DNA of 63,983 nucleotides, counting the filler, from Choristocarpus tenellus KU-1152 (taxonomy: Eukaryota > Protista > Phaeophyceae), in the NCBI GenBank assembly GCA_964200185.2. It is 9 parts of 9 records of this genome, joined end to end, with 100 filler letters (N's around TTAATTAATTAA, not from the genome) between each part and the next. Parts side by side here need not be neighbours in the genome. Positions count along the whole stretch, not along the records: positions 1 to 2,585 come from CAXNAD020026526.1; positions 2,686 to 15,836 come from CAXNAD020001569.1; 7 more parts are not named here. One strand, written 5' to 3'. Below are positions 1 through 12,816 of this stretch, piece after piece (position 1 is the stretch's first letter; each line of letters starts with the position of its first letter). A model generated the notes under the pieces. The model had not been told where the DNA came from. It made no database searches and saw only the letters and a list, made by a program, of their open reading frames with translations. The position numbers and the translations under genes are program-made.

Positions 1-229
1 TTGCTATGTTTTGTAGCTTCCGTATGCAGCATTGTCCACTGCCCCATGCAGTTCATTCCCAATGCTGTGTTTTGAACCTCTATGATTTTTTTTTTGTGAG
101 TGTTGATGAATTGTTTCGGGGCATTGCTAGTTGCAGCTGAGGCTGGGGTATGCCCCTGCCCCACCATTGTTGTCTGCTATTGCTATGTTTTACTGTGCTG
201 TGGCCTGGTACACCTGTGTTGGTGTGTAG

Positions 230-1041
230 ATGCTAGGCAAGACAACCCTGCGAAGGCGTTAGAGATGTTCGAGAGAGTGGTCACTCTTGAGACGGAAAGA
301 GGCAGCGATGTCAAATGGTGAGCCATCTCTCCCAAGGTGGTTTTGTATGTGATGTGTGTATGTGCTGCTGAAGAGAATGTTTTGTTGATCTTTAGTATCC
401 ATTAGGTTGTTCACTGGTGGATATGTTTGATACTCAGTATGTATGTGACAGTGTGTACTGTGTGTGCGTGGGTGAGCCTGTACGTAAGCATTGTGTGTTG
501 TTAGTGTTTGTGTACATATTTACTCCCTGATTTGATTGATTGGCATTGAGGCACAAATATATTGGACTGTTGGAGGAAGGGTGTGTGTTTGTGGGAATAG
601 GACTCAATATTGGATGGCTAGTGCAATGCTGATAATAGTGATTGACCTCAAGCAAGTTTTGGTGATGTACCCTATAGTAACCTGTTGAAAATTAATGTTA
701 CCTCCCTGCTCCAACTTGAGAACTTGCACAGCATTTTGTAAGACCTTTAATTTGTTCAAACATTCACTGACTGTACAAACATGTGCAGGAGCGTTAAGTG
801 ATGGGTGGGTAGTGTTCTAAATGATCAGGATGGTCTGTCTGCCTAGGACCAATGCAACCTCATTGGCTGTGTATGCATTCGTGTGTGGGGGGGTACACAT
901 TGCTGGCATCAGTTGTATACATGAATTGTTTATGCGAACCTGATTTCGAGGGTTGTTATAACACCACACAGGCGATTCAAGGCATTAGAGCACCTGGTGA
1001 GGCTACACTTCAAGCTGCACAACTTGGATGCGATGGTGGAG
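230..1041 (+). CDS. CSN2: COP9 signalosome subunit 2, partial (exons 230-317 and 972-1041)
   Basis: In-phase exons with AG/GT boundaries give DARQDNPAKALEMFERVVTLETERGSDVKW/RFKALEHLVRLHFKLHNLDAMVE. This resembles the CSN2 N-terminus (..[38 protein letters not shown]..). Confidence 0.8.
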
Positions 1042-2585
1042 GTGAGAGGTTGAGTCCGCATGGTGCTACCAGTGCTGTGTGGAAAGGAAAGGGTTGGACA
1101 TGGCATGTAATTGTTGGGAAAAGAGATAGGGCTCTTTTGCCACTGGATGTAGCAGGATTGGGTTATTCGCAATGAGACTTAGGGTTAGGGTTTATGACAT
1201 GGGGAAATCACATGTGGTTTAATTAATGGCAATGACATCTGCATTATTGTAGTGAGTGATACAAAGTGAGTTTTGTTCCCATTCTTGAGTAATTATGGCA
1301 TCTGGGGATGTCTCCCTTGGTAAGTGTTCCTGAGTCCAGCAGCTCACTCAGTGTATTTCTACAGTGCTTGTGTGTCACATGGTGTTTGCCTTGCATAGCG
1401 TACTCAAGTTTAACGTGTGTGTAAAAGACCTGAATATACATCCTCTTGCCCAGCACTCAATATCAGCTGTGTTATCTATCTAATGTAAACTCACTTTTGC
1501 ATCTAGCTATGAAATGAAGGTGGTATAGTGAAAACATTCGCCTATTGCAGTACTGTGCGTCCTCTTTGTTATTGGCATTTCTGAAGTACATACAACATCA
1601 ATACGATACTCCACTTCTACACCATAGGCCTCTCTGGTATGTTGTTGTGCACTTTGCAGGTGTACCCTTTAGTGACAAACTGATTGCAGGCTTGCGAGTA
1701 CTGTTGTGTAAGTGATGAGTGTCCCTTATCACTAATATTTTTAACGTGAATACGATAGTTCTCGTGTGTCAATACTATTAATATCTAAGATATATTAACT
1801 TTATTGAGTATCAGGTCCACCTCTGCACCTCTCCACAGAGAGAGAGGGGGGGGGAGGGGTGAGAGAGAGTGGATGACTTCCTGGTATGTGTAGCTATTTC
1901 AAGACAGACCTCTTTTTTCCCCCACTTTTTTCTTTTTTTCTTGATACCACATGATACTATATATTTGACACATATTATACATAATCTAAATTTTATATAT
2001 ATTATACATAGTATTAATATTATGCATAGTGTGCATCACCTCTTCTGTACTTAAGTTTAAGTTGGGAACCCTCTGGAAGTGACCAGATCCATAGGCGGCA
2101 TGTTGGTATGTGACACCTGGAAGGTCAACGCCTCTCAAGTAGTACTTTTATTTTAATAATTGCATGGCACAAGTTGATTAACCTTAGAGCTAGCTCCGAA
2201 CATACCAGAGAGTAGACACCTGTGTCCACCAGGTAAAAGTCTTGTGAGAAACACTATCCCACAGAGGCAGCAGTGAAGTGATTTTTTCATTTGGATTGTG
2301 GACACAGGCAAGGCTAAGCAGTAATGGAGTAGTTGGACTGGACAGGAGTTGTCGATTTTTGTAGTTTGATCAGACATATGCCTGTACTGAACCTTTTGTA
2401 TAAATTGTTAAATGTGTACTATTGTAAGGCACGCATGTAATTCAAATTGTACATTGTAGAGAGGCCGAGAGCTCCACTAGTGGTTGTGCAGTACAACAAA
2501 AATGAAGTAAAGATTCACGTTGAATCAGGTGCTGTCACTCCGTGGGGGGTGGGGGGAGGGCATGATTTCAGTACCCACCAAGTGG

Positions 2586-2685
2586 NNNNNNNNNNNNNNN
2601 NNNNNNNNNNNNNNNNNNNNNNNNNNNNNTTAATTAATTAANNNNNNNNNNNNNNNNNNNNNNNNNNNNNNNNNNNNNNNNNNNN
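2586..2685. other. Artificial contig spacer (44N-TTAATTAATTAA-44N)
   Basis: Identical 100-bp spacers at 2586, 15837, 23749, 26918, 38118, 45483, 50896 and 60941. The core places stop codons in all six frames. Confidence 0.97.
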
Positions 2686-3544
2686 CACTTCATTTTGCTG
2701 TTATTCACAAACCCCCAACCTAACACCCCCCAAGAAATACTACAAATATGTGTGTGTACGTGTCTGGTTAGATACAGTATCCCATAGGTGGCAACATAAG
2801 TCACACACCCTGGCGATTCAAACCCTAACTCTAAGCCCATTGGAGTAGTAGAAAATGGATACGAAGGTAGAAAACATCCAGAAAATACCATGTTCTATTA
2901 TTGTTTATAGTGTTACTGCATTTGCTGTGTATGTGATGCAGGAGTATTTTTACTCACAACTTTCAGAAGTATATTCATTCCTTACAACAACATGAGGGTG
3001 TATTCGAAAGAGAAGGCAATATCATACACTCTGCTCGATGGGGAGATACAAAAAGGTACTAGTTTCAGAACAAGTTATTTTTTGGTGGGTTGTAACCATC
3101 TGCCTCGGACGCTATCTGACTAGGTATTCGAAAACACTATCATTTTAGCGAGTGCAACAGATTGTCTCTCTTGCTGACAAAAATCAAAATGCATCTTCTT
3201 AGAATTACCATGACAATGTGTACATTCGCCAAGAGGGGTTGCCTAAGTGATGGAGGAATGAAACTGTTGATTGTAGGCAGAGGTGGTGTCAACACGTCGT
3301 ATCCATTGTTTAGAACAGCAAGTTGTGTTCACCGATCAGATTGTATCAGCTATCATGGTATGGAAGGCCTGTCCATTTTGAACCCCTTGAAGGATTGATG
3401 GCATTGAAATGTCTCATGGGGCCTACTCCTAATGAGGATCCAATGGTGATCACCCTCCACTCTGATGGGTGGTGGTGGTTGTGGTAGTTGCTTGGGTTGA
3501 CTTAGGTGTGGTGCTTTAGCGTGACATGCATGTACATATCAGTG

Positions 3545-4060
3545 ATCACAGCCTCCTTGTAATGCCACTTTGCCATGTTGAAGTTCGTTTGTTCCACCAA
3601 CCACACACTGGTACCGCCTGCTGTACTACTGTGTCGGTTGTTTGTCCTTCCTCGTGGTTCATCCCATCACCACCTGCGATCCCAAACTTCTCAAGGGGGT
3701 CTCCCCATCGCATCCACCCGTTCTTTCCCTCCTTTCCACCTCATTGCTTCCGTTTTCCATCTCCAGCCTCCCAAACATCAATCCTTTGGTCGTAGCTCAT
3801 GCACCATCCGTGCAACATACCCCCAACCTGCAAATAGTAATAGGAGTCTCTGTTTTCGGACAGTTGCCATCATACTCTCACACCCAGTCTTCTTCACAAA
3901 ATACAAGGACATCACGTAGTTTTTTGGTAGGACAGGACAGTGTATGAACATTGCATTCTTCCCATTTGCAAAATCCTATGCAGCAGAGTATTGTAGGGGA
4001 CCTTTGCGGTGATTGGAGCAAAGCTTCACCTAGTGGACCTGACTGGAGGAGAATATCCAC
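3545..4060 (-). mobile_element. RTE-clade LINE, decayed 3' fragment
   Basis: Frameshifted minus-strand translation: CIGFCKW..HTLS..KTGCESMMATVRKQRLLLLFAG..YVARM..PKGLMFGRL..LEKFGIAGDG..MAKW. This matches the RTE ORF C-terminus pattern. Confidence 0.7.
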
Positions 4061-5635
4061 CTCATCATCTTTACCTCATACACATATTTCTCAGTGTTTC
4101 GTCACCATATTTGTTTGAGGTGTTCCAGGTCAGGCTGCAGTTCCAACCCATGCAGGTCCAGTCACTGCATGAGTCCTACAGGCAGAACTATAAGTTTGTT
4201 TGCAAATACCTGTTTGTCTTGGGGGAGCCATCAGTGATGTTACCGCTACTATTATTGCTGAGATCAGCTGGAGGACTTGGAAAGGTTGGAGTTGTTTTTT
4301 CCAACATACAGCTAAAGCACATTAAGACGCTGCTTTCTGATCTTCTCTTTTTGAGTTGATTTCCTTCCGTGCATGATCCATTGTTCATCGCATCCTTTTT
4401 CTTATCTTGTTATTTATCTATATTTTTGGGCACTAGTATTTTCCTCCTGCAGGCTCTATATTCCTCCTCTTCTACTCCTTTTCATTCCTTTCTAGCATCT
4501 TGTTTGCGAATTTTTCACTGCTGCTTCTTTCTTTTTCTTCTTTTTGTGGTCCTTGTTGCCTGTTCTCAAGCAGTCTTGATTGTGTATTGTGCCTTCTTGT
4601 GACTACTGTTTGGACCACACGTCTTGGATCCCTCATCAAGCTAATGTGATGACAATGGCAATAGACCCATGACTGAACAGGTTGGCCGAAGAAGACGATA
4701 CAAACTGCTTGAGAGATGCAGGGTATATGATACTAGTTAGAAGACAAGAAGGAAAAGGTAGTAGTACAAGAATATTGTAAATGGGGGAAAGAGAATAAGA
4801 ATGAAAGGAGAAAGGACTCAGTTTTGTACGAGGAGGGCAACAAAAAAGAAGAAAGAGAACCCAAAGAATGCACTGAATTCAACGATCACAAAGACTTGAA
4901 TCATCATCTCAGGTCCATCAAGGTCGTAAGAGCAACACTCACTCATAACATGTCACACAAAGGAAAGAACAAGAAGAGGGGAGTGAAAGAAGGGGGAAGA
5001 AAGGAGAATCAACCACAAACGAGAGATAATGGAGTGAATGAGAGTGCGGTATTCAGCAGGTAGACAGTGGATGGTGGTGGTGGTTGGTTGGGTTGGCTTT
5101 GGTGCTGTTCCTTTAGCATGACGTACCTACATATATCATCAGGTACCATCACATAACCCCCTCCTTGGAATACCACTCCCCCCTGGAGTTGGGTGGAGTT
5201 AGGCGTGATGCTGCCAGCAACACTCTCACTCATACCAACTACGTACCTCTGTTATGTTGGTTCGTTTGCCTCGTGCTCCGTATATCCTTTATCCAACAAA
5301 ACTTAATCACAAACTTCCCAACAACCTCGTCTTGTGGACACTTTTATCCAAGAGATGGTAAGTTCTTCTCCTGTTCATCTTGCCTCTGTTTTCCATCATC
5401 TGCGGTGAAAGCTCCCCAAACACCAACAACACCTCGAGAAGTTATTGGTGCCCCATGCATGGAACTGATCCTGTTCAGTTGATTTGACCAGAAATGGCAA
5501 TACCAAACCCAACTCTCACCTCTTAACCTTTCCGTCTTCTCCTACATACAGATGAGGCAATCAATACCAGATAACTTTTGGAGAGGTATCTCTTATATAT
5601 GCGACAATAACTACCACTACCGTTTCTTCCTTTTA

Positions 5636-6330
5636 CAGGGGTTGTTGTGATATTGGTTTGACTTTTTCCCTGACATATTCATTGCAAAGTGTGGGAGGGT
5701 ATAATATGATGTAGAAGTGCTCAAGGCCTTCACGATTCAACAATTGCGATCGACGAAGAACGATGTTGGCGTCCAAATTTTCTCCATATTTGGGATCTTT
5801 TTCGGTTGGTTAATGGAAGCTGTTCCCTGCACGAATCTTCGGGGTTCCAACCCCATTTACGCCAGACTTGTCTTGATGGTATTTTGGTTTTGAGTATCCA
5901 AAGTGGAGATGACAACAAGAACTTCAGATTGCACATAATATCATCCGATATGTTTGTAGTGCAACACAAAAACTCTGAACGAAGAACTAGGTGGGAAGGC
6001 TTCAACACAGAACTACACAACATACATGGATCCAGCATCTGGAAGGCTTGAGGTAAAAGTGGAGCGATGAATGGTAGGATGGAAAGCCTAAAATATGAGA
6101 AGCAAGGCATGATTGGAGAAGTTAGTACAGTGAATTGTAGCGCATCAGTTACATACAAGAGTTTGTAGAGAAGTAGTGCAGTGAGTAGTGCCTCTGACCA
6201 CGGCTCCCCATTATTATCCTCCCCAGATCGAAAAAGTGGATATAACATGTATTTTATATTATGATGCCCTTTGACATTTTTTTTGTTGATGTGTCAGGGA
6301 AAAAGTCACACAATATCACAACGACCCCTA
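5636..6330. mobile_element. Non-autonomous Tc1/mariner-type TIR element
   Basis: ~40-bp TIRs: CAGGGGTTGTTGTGATATTGGTTTGACTTTTTCCCTGACA and TGTCAGGGAAAAAGTCACACAATATCACAACGACCCCTA. TA flanks both ends. Confidence 0.7.
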
Positions 6331-7017
6331 TAAGATTTACCGTTGGAAATGTGAAAGATACCTCTCCAAAAACTACTTACTATTTCAATACCAGCTATAC
6401 TACAAACACCCCCTTAAAGTTTGGACTACAGATATTTCAAACAGTGGTAGTAGTAGGTACCAGTATACCTCTCGTCATATTCACCCCCCTTTCGATACCT
6501 GTTGTAGTACATATTTGAAGAGAAATAGAAAAAACGTACAATTTCTTCACCAAAATCGTTCAAATATTATGGAAACGTGAAAAGATCCTGAAGCGCATGG
6601 TTTTGCGACTTATGGACCGATAACAACCTACCCACTGCTACAATTTTGTTTGATGGTCTCTATAATAGTTGTGATTAGTCTACAAAAACTGTGCACAAAA
6701 AATGTAGTATTCCATCTGGCCTCAAAGATCTATTTTGAGTTGTCCTTCTACTTTAAAAAAGTTCCACAAAAAAGATAGTAGTACCTGTGATGAGGCGTGA
6801 AGGGGTAGGGTTGTATCTGTCGTCAGACATCCCCCTTTATTCGAACATCCCCCCCTTCCCTTTGACGTTTAGTCCAACAAATTTTTATCAATGTTATTGA
6901 GACATTATTAGTTGGCCCATGATTTTGTTCTTTATAATTTTGGTGTATGGCACGGGCTTGGCGTGTGATACCTTCATTACTAATAGTTCAGAACTCCCTC
7001 TTCGGTCAATTTGAAGT

Positions 7018-7228
7018 CCGAAGTTATGCATAGATCCCAACGTACACGACACGTACGTTTAGCTCCGTCATCAGATTTTGCACAGGTTGGCAAAGACGCC
7101 CCCTGGCACGCTCTACCCCACACACAACAAGAGCCGAAGTTACGCATGGATCCCAACGTACACAAAACGTACTTTTAGCACAATCATCAAGTTTTCCACA
7201 GGAGGTCGGCAAAGATGCCACCTGGCAC
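7018..7228. repeat. Imperfect direct duplication (~92-95 bp units, period 116)
   Basis: CCGAAGTTA(T/C)GCAT(A/G)GATCCCAACGTACAC...CTGGCAC occurs at 7018 and 7134. Confidence 0.8.
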
Positions 7229-8837
7229 AGTCCAGCCCGCATACAAGAATATTGTTGCAAGGTAGAACCTGGAAAGAAAGAAAGAAAGAACCTATTCACC
7301 AGAAGTTCATCTGAGGAACAGATACGAACATAGCTAGCTACACAAATGAAACCTAGACCTCGCACCCACTCGGTCCCTTGGATCCTACAGCTCCAGACAC
7401 TAACGTCTCCCTCACATTGCAAGGCCTGGTGAAGGGAAGTCCTCATATTGTCCATTTCAAGTGGCAGAGAGTATGCTGCAAAAGTAGCTTTGGTTGGTGT
7501 GATTGCCTACAAACTCACTTTCTCACTTTCTGGTACACCATGAGGGATCTCATCGCATTGGGAACAATGAGCGCGAACAGAGGGGCAGACAGCAACAGAC
7601 TGTTCATGAAGATTGCTTGCCACGAGTATAGAATGTAAACCGGAGCAAAGTATTCCCTTTCGAGGGATACTTGTCTGCCCCATGTGGGCATTGAGTGGAA
7701 GTGAAGACCAGTATCCCCAAAAGGATCCCAGTGGGTAGCATCATCAACACATGAATAGATTATGTAGCTTGCTGTTTTGCCATTGAGGGACACCAATCAT
7801 GTGTAAGGGTGCCTATAATTCACACCCAGAAGAAACGTGTATAATAACAAAAACAAAAAACATCAGTCCATCTCGCCCCCAAAGAAGGCCTGCCCATACA
7901 TTTTATTGCTCAAGGAAGAAATTTCTTCCTATCTATGTATTAAACAATTGTAACAGCTACTCCTAGTCGCAAAGCGAAGGATATTTGTAACAAATGTCAG
8001 ACACCCACTCCTTCCCTTCTATCCCCTAGCCCAAACATCTACCTGTAGTCCAACGTTTCTTCGTTCAACCATTTTGAGGGGATGATAGTTGGCGCAAAAG
8101 GTGATCTGTTTTAATGCTGTCTGGCAGGGTCCCTGGATTGTGAAATGTTTTCATTTTTAGTTTAGAATTCCCTGTTGGCCACTTCGAAGGTCGAACTTAT
8201 GCACAGACTCCCCCCTATTACACCCCATCCCTTACACACAGGTACACCTCCTTTGAGCACACTGGCAGCCCCGTCCTGCATGGCATTCCTCCTGTGATGT
8301 TCAAGTGTTTTGGTTCCTTGGTGACGAGTGCGCTCTCTTCTTTTGCTCCCAGCACACACCCCACTCTAGGTTGACCCATGCATACACCCCTCAAGCAGAC
8401 AGAGCAAACACTGTAAAGGCAAACCCCCCACCCCCCCTGACCGCCCCCCCCGCCTGCTCCCCCCCCGGACGCAGGTTATCCACGCCCGGACTCCCCTNNN
8501 NNNNNNNCCCCTCAAGCAGACAGAGCAAACACTGTAAAGGCAACCCCCCCCTTCGCCTTTCCCCCCCTCTGGTACTGCTCGAGTACCTATGACTTGTTAA
8601 CTTTTCTTCTTCTCTCCTTTTTTTCTTCCACCAAGTACAGCTCCCATGGATTAATCAGGTACAACCCCATGCTCCTTTCCTTCTTGGGTTGCTGGACTGG
8701 AGCACAGTGGGTACTAACTGGTGGAGTCCCCCCCCCTCTTTCTCCCCTGGCACACACACACCCTCGTTAGTCACTTACAGCATTGTACCCTACATACAGT
8801 ACATACTTCCCATGCCGATCACAAGAAGATCGGCAGT

Positions 8838-9092
8838 GAATCAAAGGTAGAGGTACCCAGGTTTAGGGCGTTTAGTATTCAAGTCCTTTTTTTCAATCTT
8901 TTGCAATTCGCCCACATTTGTATGGATGGAGTATCAAAGGTGAGTAGAGAACGCTGATTCTTTATTGTTTGAAAATTTTCGACAGAATCCAGAAATTTTC
9001 TAATGCGCGTTTGTAAAAAAAAGCCAAATTTTGCACATGTTCGTCGGCATCCAAAAAATGCAAATCTGGTTACCTCTCGCCTACATTGTGTC
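8838..9092. mobile_element. MITE family D (TIR ~GAGTCAAAGTAGACGAGAGG)
   Basis: Imperfect TIRs and a 3-bp TSD (AGT). Homologous to 22788-23047 and the partial copy at 15642-15767. Confidence 0.7.
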
Positions 9093-9365
9093 AGTAACCC
9101 GTTTTGGTTGTTGGAAGTGAGACAGTGAAAGGAGGATGTATACAATCGTGTCCTGCCCTACGAAAACGTTCTTATGAAAACTAGGTGTGAGAGTAGGCAG
9201 TATTGCGCTGTCAAAACTTCAGTCAACCCCTGACGTACCGTGAACTAGTCAGCACTGACTATTTCTTGGCAACTCAGGGGGTTATTAAAGCTTTCACGAC
9301 TACGTCTTGGTAGCTCAAAGGTCTACATAAGTTTCAACATATACAAGTGAAGACTCCTTTTTTAT

Positions 9366-9522
9366 GGATCAGTTGCTGACATGGGAGATGAGCGACTTCC
9401 TGAGATATTGATGTTTGGGAAGCTTCCAACTGGAAATAGAAAGCAAGGTGGACAGGAGAAGAACTGGTGGACTTGCCTCCAACACGAGTTTGAGAAATTT
9501 GGAATTGAGGGTGAGGGGTGGA
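9366..9522 (+). mobile_element. RTE-clade LINE 3' fragment
   Basis: Translates GSVADMGDERLPEILMFGKLPTGNRKQGGQEKNWWTCLQHEFEKFGIEGEGW, a typical RTE C-terminal motif. Interrupted by a family B MITE. Confidence 0.75.
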
Positions 9523-9698
9523 GACCCTAAGTATTTGGAGGGGGGGGGTCTACACTAGGGTGTCCATTTGGGCCAAAATCAGGAAAAGTGCATTTACATT
9601 ATCCATTCAACGTATGCAACCAAATAATCCATAAATCGCGATAAGAAAAAATTGATCTCAAATGGACAGCCGCCACCCCTCCCCAGATACTTTGAGCC
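9523..9698. mobile_element. MITE family B
   Basis: TIRs GACCCTAAGTATTTGG..CCAGATACTTTGAGCC, TSD TGGA. Multiple copies in the window. Confidence 0.85.
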
Positions 9699-11029
9699 TG
9701 GAGCACCAGGGCGACTAAGCAATCAATTCCTTTTGTACATACCGCACTGCTGTGAATGTATGTAGTAGTAATGTTACTGCAGAACCAGCGTGAGTAGTTA
9801 TGTCATATGATGCGTCCATATCTATAGTACTACATATATCCACGCTACAAAGTAAGGCACACAAGAAAATAAGAAAATGGTGATGACTTAAGATCACAAT
9901 GAATGGCTGCTACTTCCACTACTTCTACCAGTACTGAAGCATATATCTAAAGCAATGAACTATGGTTAAGTGTGTGTGTATGAGTGAAATAAATACAATG
10001 AAAAATAATTCTATGGCATTGAAGTCCAGCAGTTATCTGCCAACAGGCCAAACACCTCACCAGAAGCTGAGGCTCAAGTTTAATATCTCCTGAATGACTC
10101 ATTACAGTGCCACATCGATGACCAGATAGGATTTGATTGAAGCAGCAGAAAGCTTAAGAGAACTGATATGATTTCTGAGATAAAGAGAAGGCATATTCCA
10201 TCTACACATATACCCCCACGGTACATGAATATAAAATTCTCTATCCTCCATGGATTGTACTGGGGTATCTACTTACACCTTCTGCTCAATTGAGATCGTG
10301 GGAGAGCTACTGCCAACAACACTTCAAATATGCAATCCAGCTGCCACTCAGTAGCTTTGTTTCTTCGAGCATGCACAAGGACAAGGCACTGAGTAGCAGG
10401 GCTCGCTTGTACAAACCTTGCTCAAGATGTACCAGCTTCTACTCCCATTTCATTGCGGCAACCAAAAGGTCAACATAACCATACCCTCACGCAAACACAC
10501 ACAATATCCCCCAACAGAACATCCATAGTGGTTTCATCATCCAGCATGGGAAAAAAACACAAGTGCTCTCCTCTATAAACAAACATGTAATTCATATGCC
10601 TCATAAAACACAAACGTGTGGGGGTGAGTGAACAAGCACTTCACATGTTCCAGCTTATGTCAAATGGGGCTACAGGGAGAACGATCATAATATTCGGGGC
10701 ACCCTTAAGCAAATTGTAACCACAGCATTAGCGCCCCCTCTCAGTCCCTTGCCCGTGACAAACAGTATGTCACGATGGTTAGGATCCCCTTCTTCACCGT
10801 CCTCCTTGTAACCACAAGATGCAATCACCCGTGTGTAAGCACTGGGGGGGATATGAAAGGACATAGAGGTTGATATGAACCAGACTTGGTAGACGGACTT
10901 GTAAAACTTGTGATCTCTCCTTTTTTCACAATTAGGATTTTGCACAAGCTGTGTGCAAATGACTATTCTACACCCAGACTGGCGGGTATTGGGCCAGACC
11001 TTACAGCTTCCTTGCAATGACTGCTCAAA

Positions 11030-12816
11030 TCACATTTTCAAGTCTGCGGAGACTGCTCCCTTGTCCTGAAGGTCTTTGACAGCCGCCTTTATTGCATCTT
11101 CTGCAAGCATGCTGGAAGGAAATTATCATAGATATTTGGGTGCATATTTTGTTTAGTACATGATGTGGAAGAAAAAAAGTTTCATAAGCATTACAGCAGA
11201 AATTTGAGTATGCTATGATCACTATCAGATCAAATTCAAGGCGGTTTAATGTCAAGACCCTCTTGGGCGTCATTTATCAAATTTCCTGCTTTACCATGAC
11301 TACCAGGGAAATACAAATATAAGTGATAGAGTTGGTGGAACAGTATGACTACTGTGGCAGAAACCAATCACAGCATGGAGTGTTGAACATATACCATCAG
11401 TGGTATGTGTGAATACTGTTGGTACATACTTTACATCTTCACACCAATCCGTTAATCCCTCAATATCAGGTTTGCGGAAATATCTCATATGTTGTCAAAA
11501 TTGGCACACAACCATTTTTATTTATTACGTTTAATTCCCTGATTAACACTAGACCTGGTAAAAGATAGGATGTCATGTCATGTAGAATTCTAGTGTAAAG
11601 TCCTAAATGACATTAACATGTCATTGGGTATTAAATTGCACACCATTATCTCATGACAACAACACCAGTCAAAACATTTTATATAGCAAAATACAAGGGG
11701 CACTGATTTTGCATATGCGGCAGCTGAGAGGGTCCCTTCACACTGTATAACAGCTCACCTGCAGTGTAGCTTGACGGGGGGGAGCTTGAGGTGACTTGCA
11801 ATGTCTGTGTTTTTGATCTTGAGGCTCTCTGTCACCGACCTACCCTTGAGCCACTCCGTTGCAACACTGCTTGAGGCAATAGCAGAGCCACACCCAAAGG
11901 TCTTGAATTTTGCTTCAGTGATCACACCATCATCGTCCACCTGCCATCAGGTTACACCATACACGGTGGTTACCCAACGGAGGCAATACAAGAACATTAG
12001 AATTCCGAGTGCACAGGAAGGGGAGAATTGGGAGGGCCAAAAGCTAGCTGAGGAAAGAGGTGACACGACCAGTGAGCGAGATAAGTCCAATGACTAGTCA
12101 AACGTCGAATTAGTGCACAGCATGTCTTGGCATAAGTTACTCAGTGATTTTCCGTCCCTTGAAATCTGGTTGAAGTTTGTTTCATCACACCCACGGAGGA
12201 GAACAGCAAACGGGTAAATGGGTAAATGCTATGGATCACCACCCTCACACCAATATATCGCATACACTATTATTTCTTCATCTCTTGTCACCTTGATCTG
12301 GACCTTCATTACGTCACCACATGCGGGTGCTCCCACCAGACCCTAAAAGATGTATGGGGGGGGGTCAGGATTGCCGGGGTGGATAAGGGGTCAAACCGCG
12401 AAGTTTTGAAGCGGGAGAGGGGAGCGGTGACAGAAGTTGTCTCGTTTGTAGAAACATTTTACGAAGTTAAAATAATTCAAATGCACAAGAGGAGCAAAGA
12501 TGTGCCCCCCAGTTGTTCATGCTCCAGAAAAAAATGTGGCACTGGTGCAGTTACTTTGATGAGCACAACTTGGCTTATCTTCAGCACCCCTCTTGCATCG
12601 CCAAAAACGAGTTACTGCTAATCCACTCACAGTTCCGACATGAGTGTCGTTCTTGTCAAGCGACCCCACATTGCGTGGGTTCTCATAGTGCTCAACGATG
12701 TTCTCATGGTAACTCCTTACGGCACCGATATTCCCCACGACCCTCAATGACGCTGCTCTGGCGGCTAGACCCCCCACCGGGTTCAGCACCCTTCGCGTCC
12801 CAGATAGTACGCTCAT
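11030..12816 (-). CDS. ISCU: Mitochondrial Fe-S cluster scaffold ISCU/Isu1, complete (exons 12816-12631, 12342-12292, 11940-11759, 11111-11030; 166 aa)
   Basis: The spliced product has an Arg-rich presequence, then [75 protein letters not shown]. All introns are GT-AG and in phase. Confidence 0.96.

Noticed and set aside
2630-2641. TTAATTAATTAA palindrome as a recombination or regulatory site
   Set aside because: It is always centred in N padding and is a synthetic six-frame stop linker.
8387-8550. Direct repeat CCCTCAAGCAGACAGAGCAAACACTGTAAAGGC on both sides of a 10-N gap
   Set aside because: Most likely an unmerged contig overlap at a C-run, i.e. an assembly artefact.
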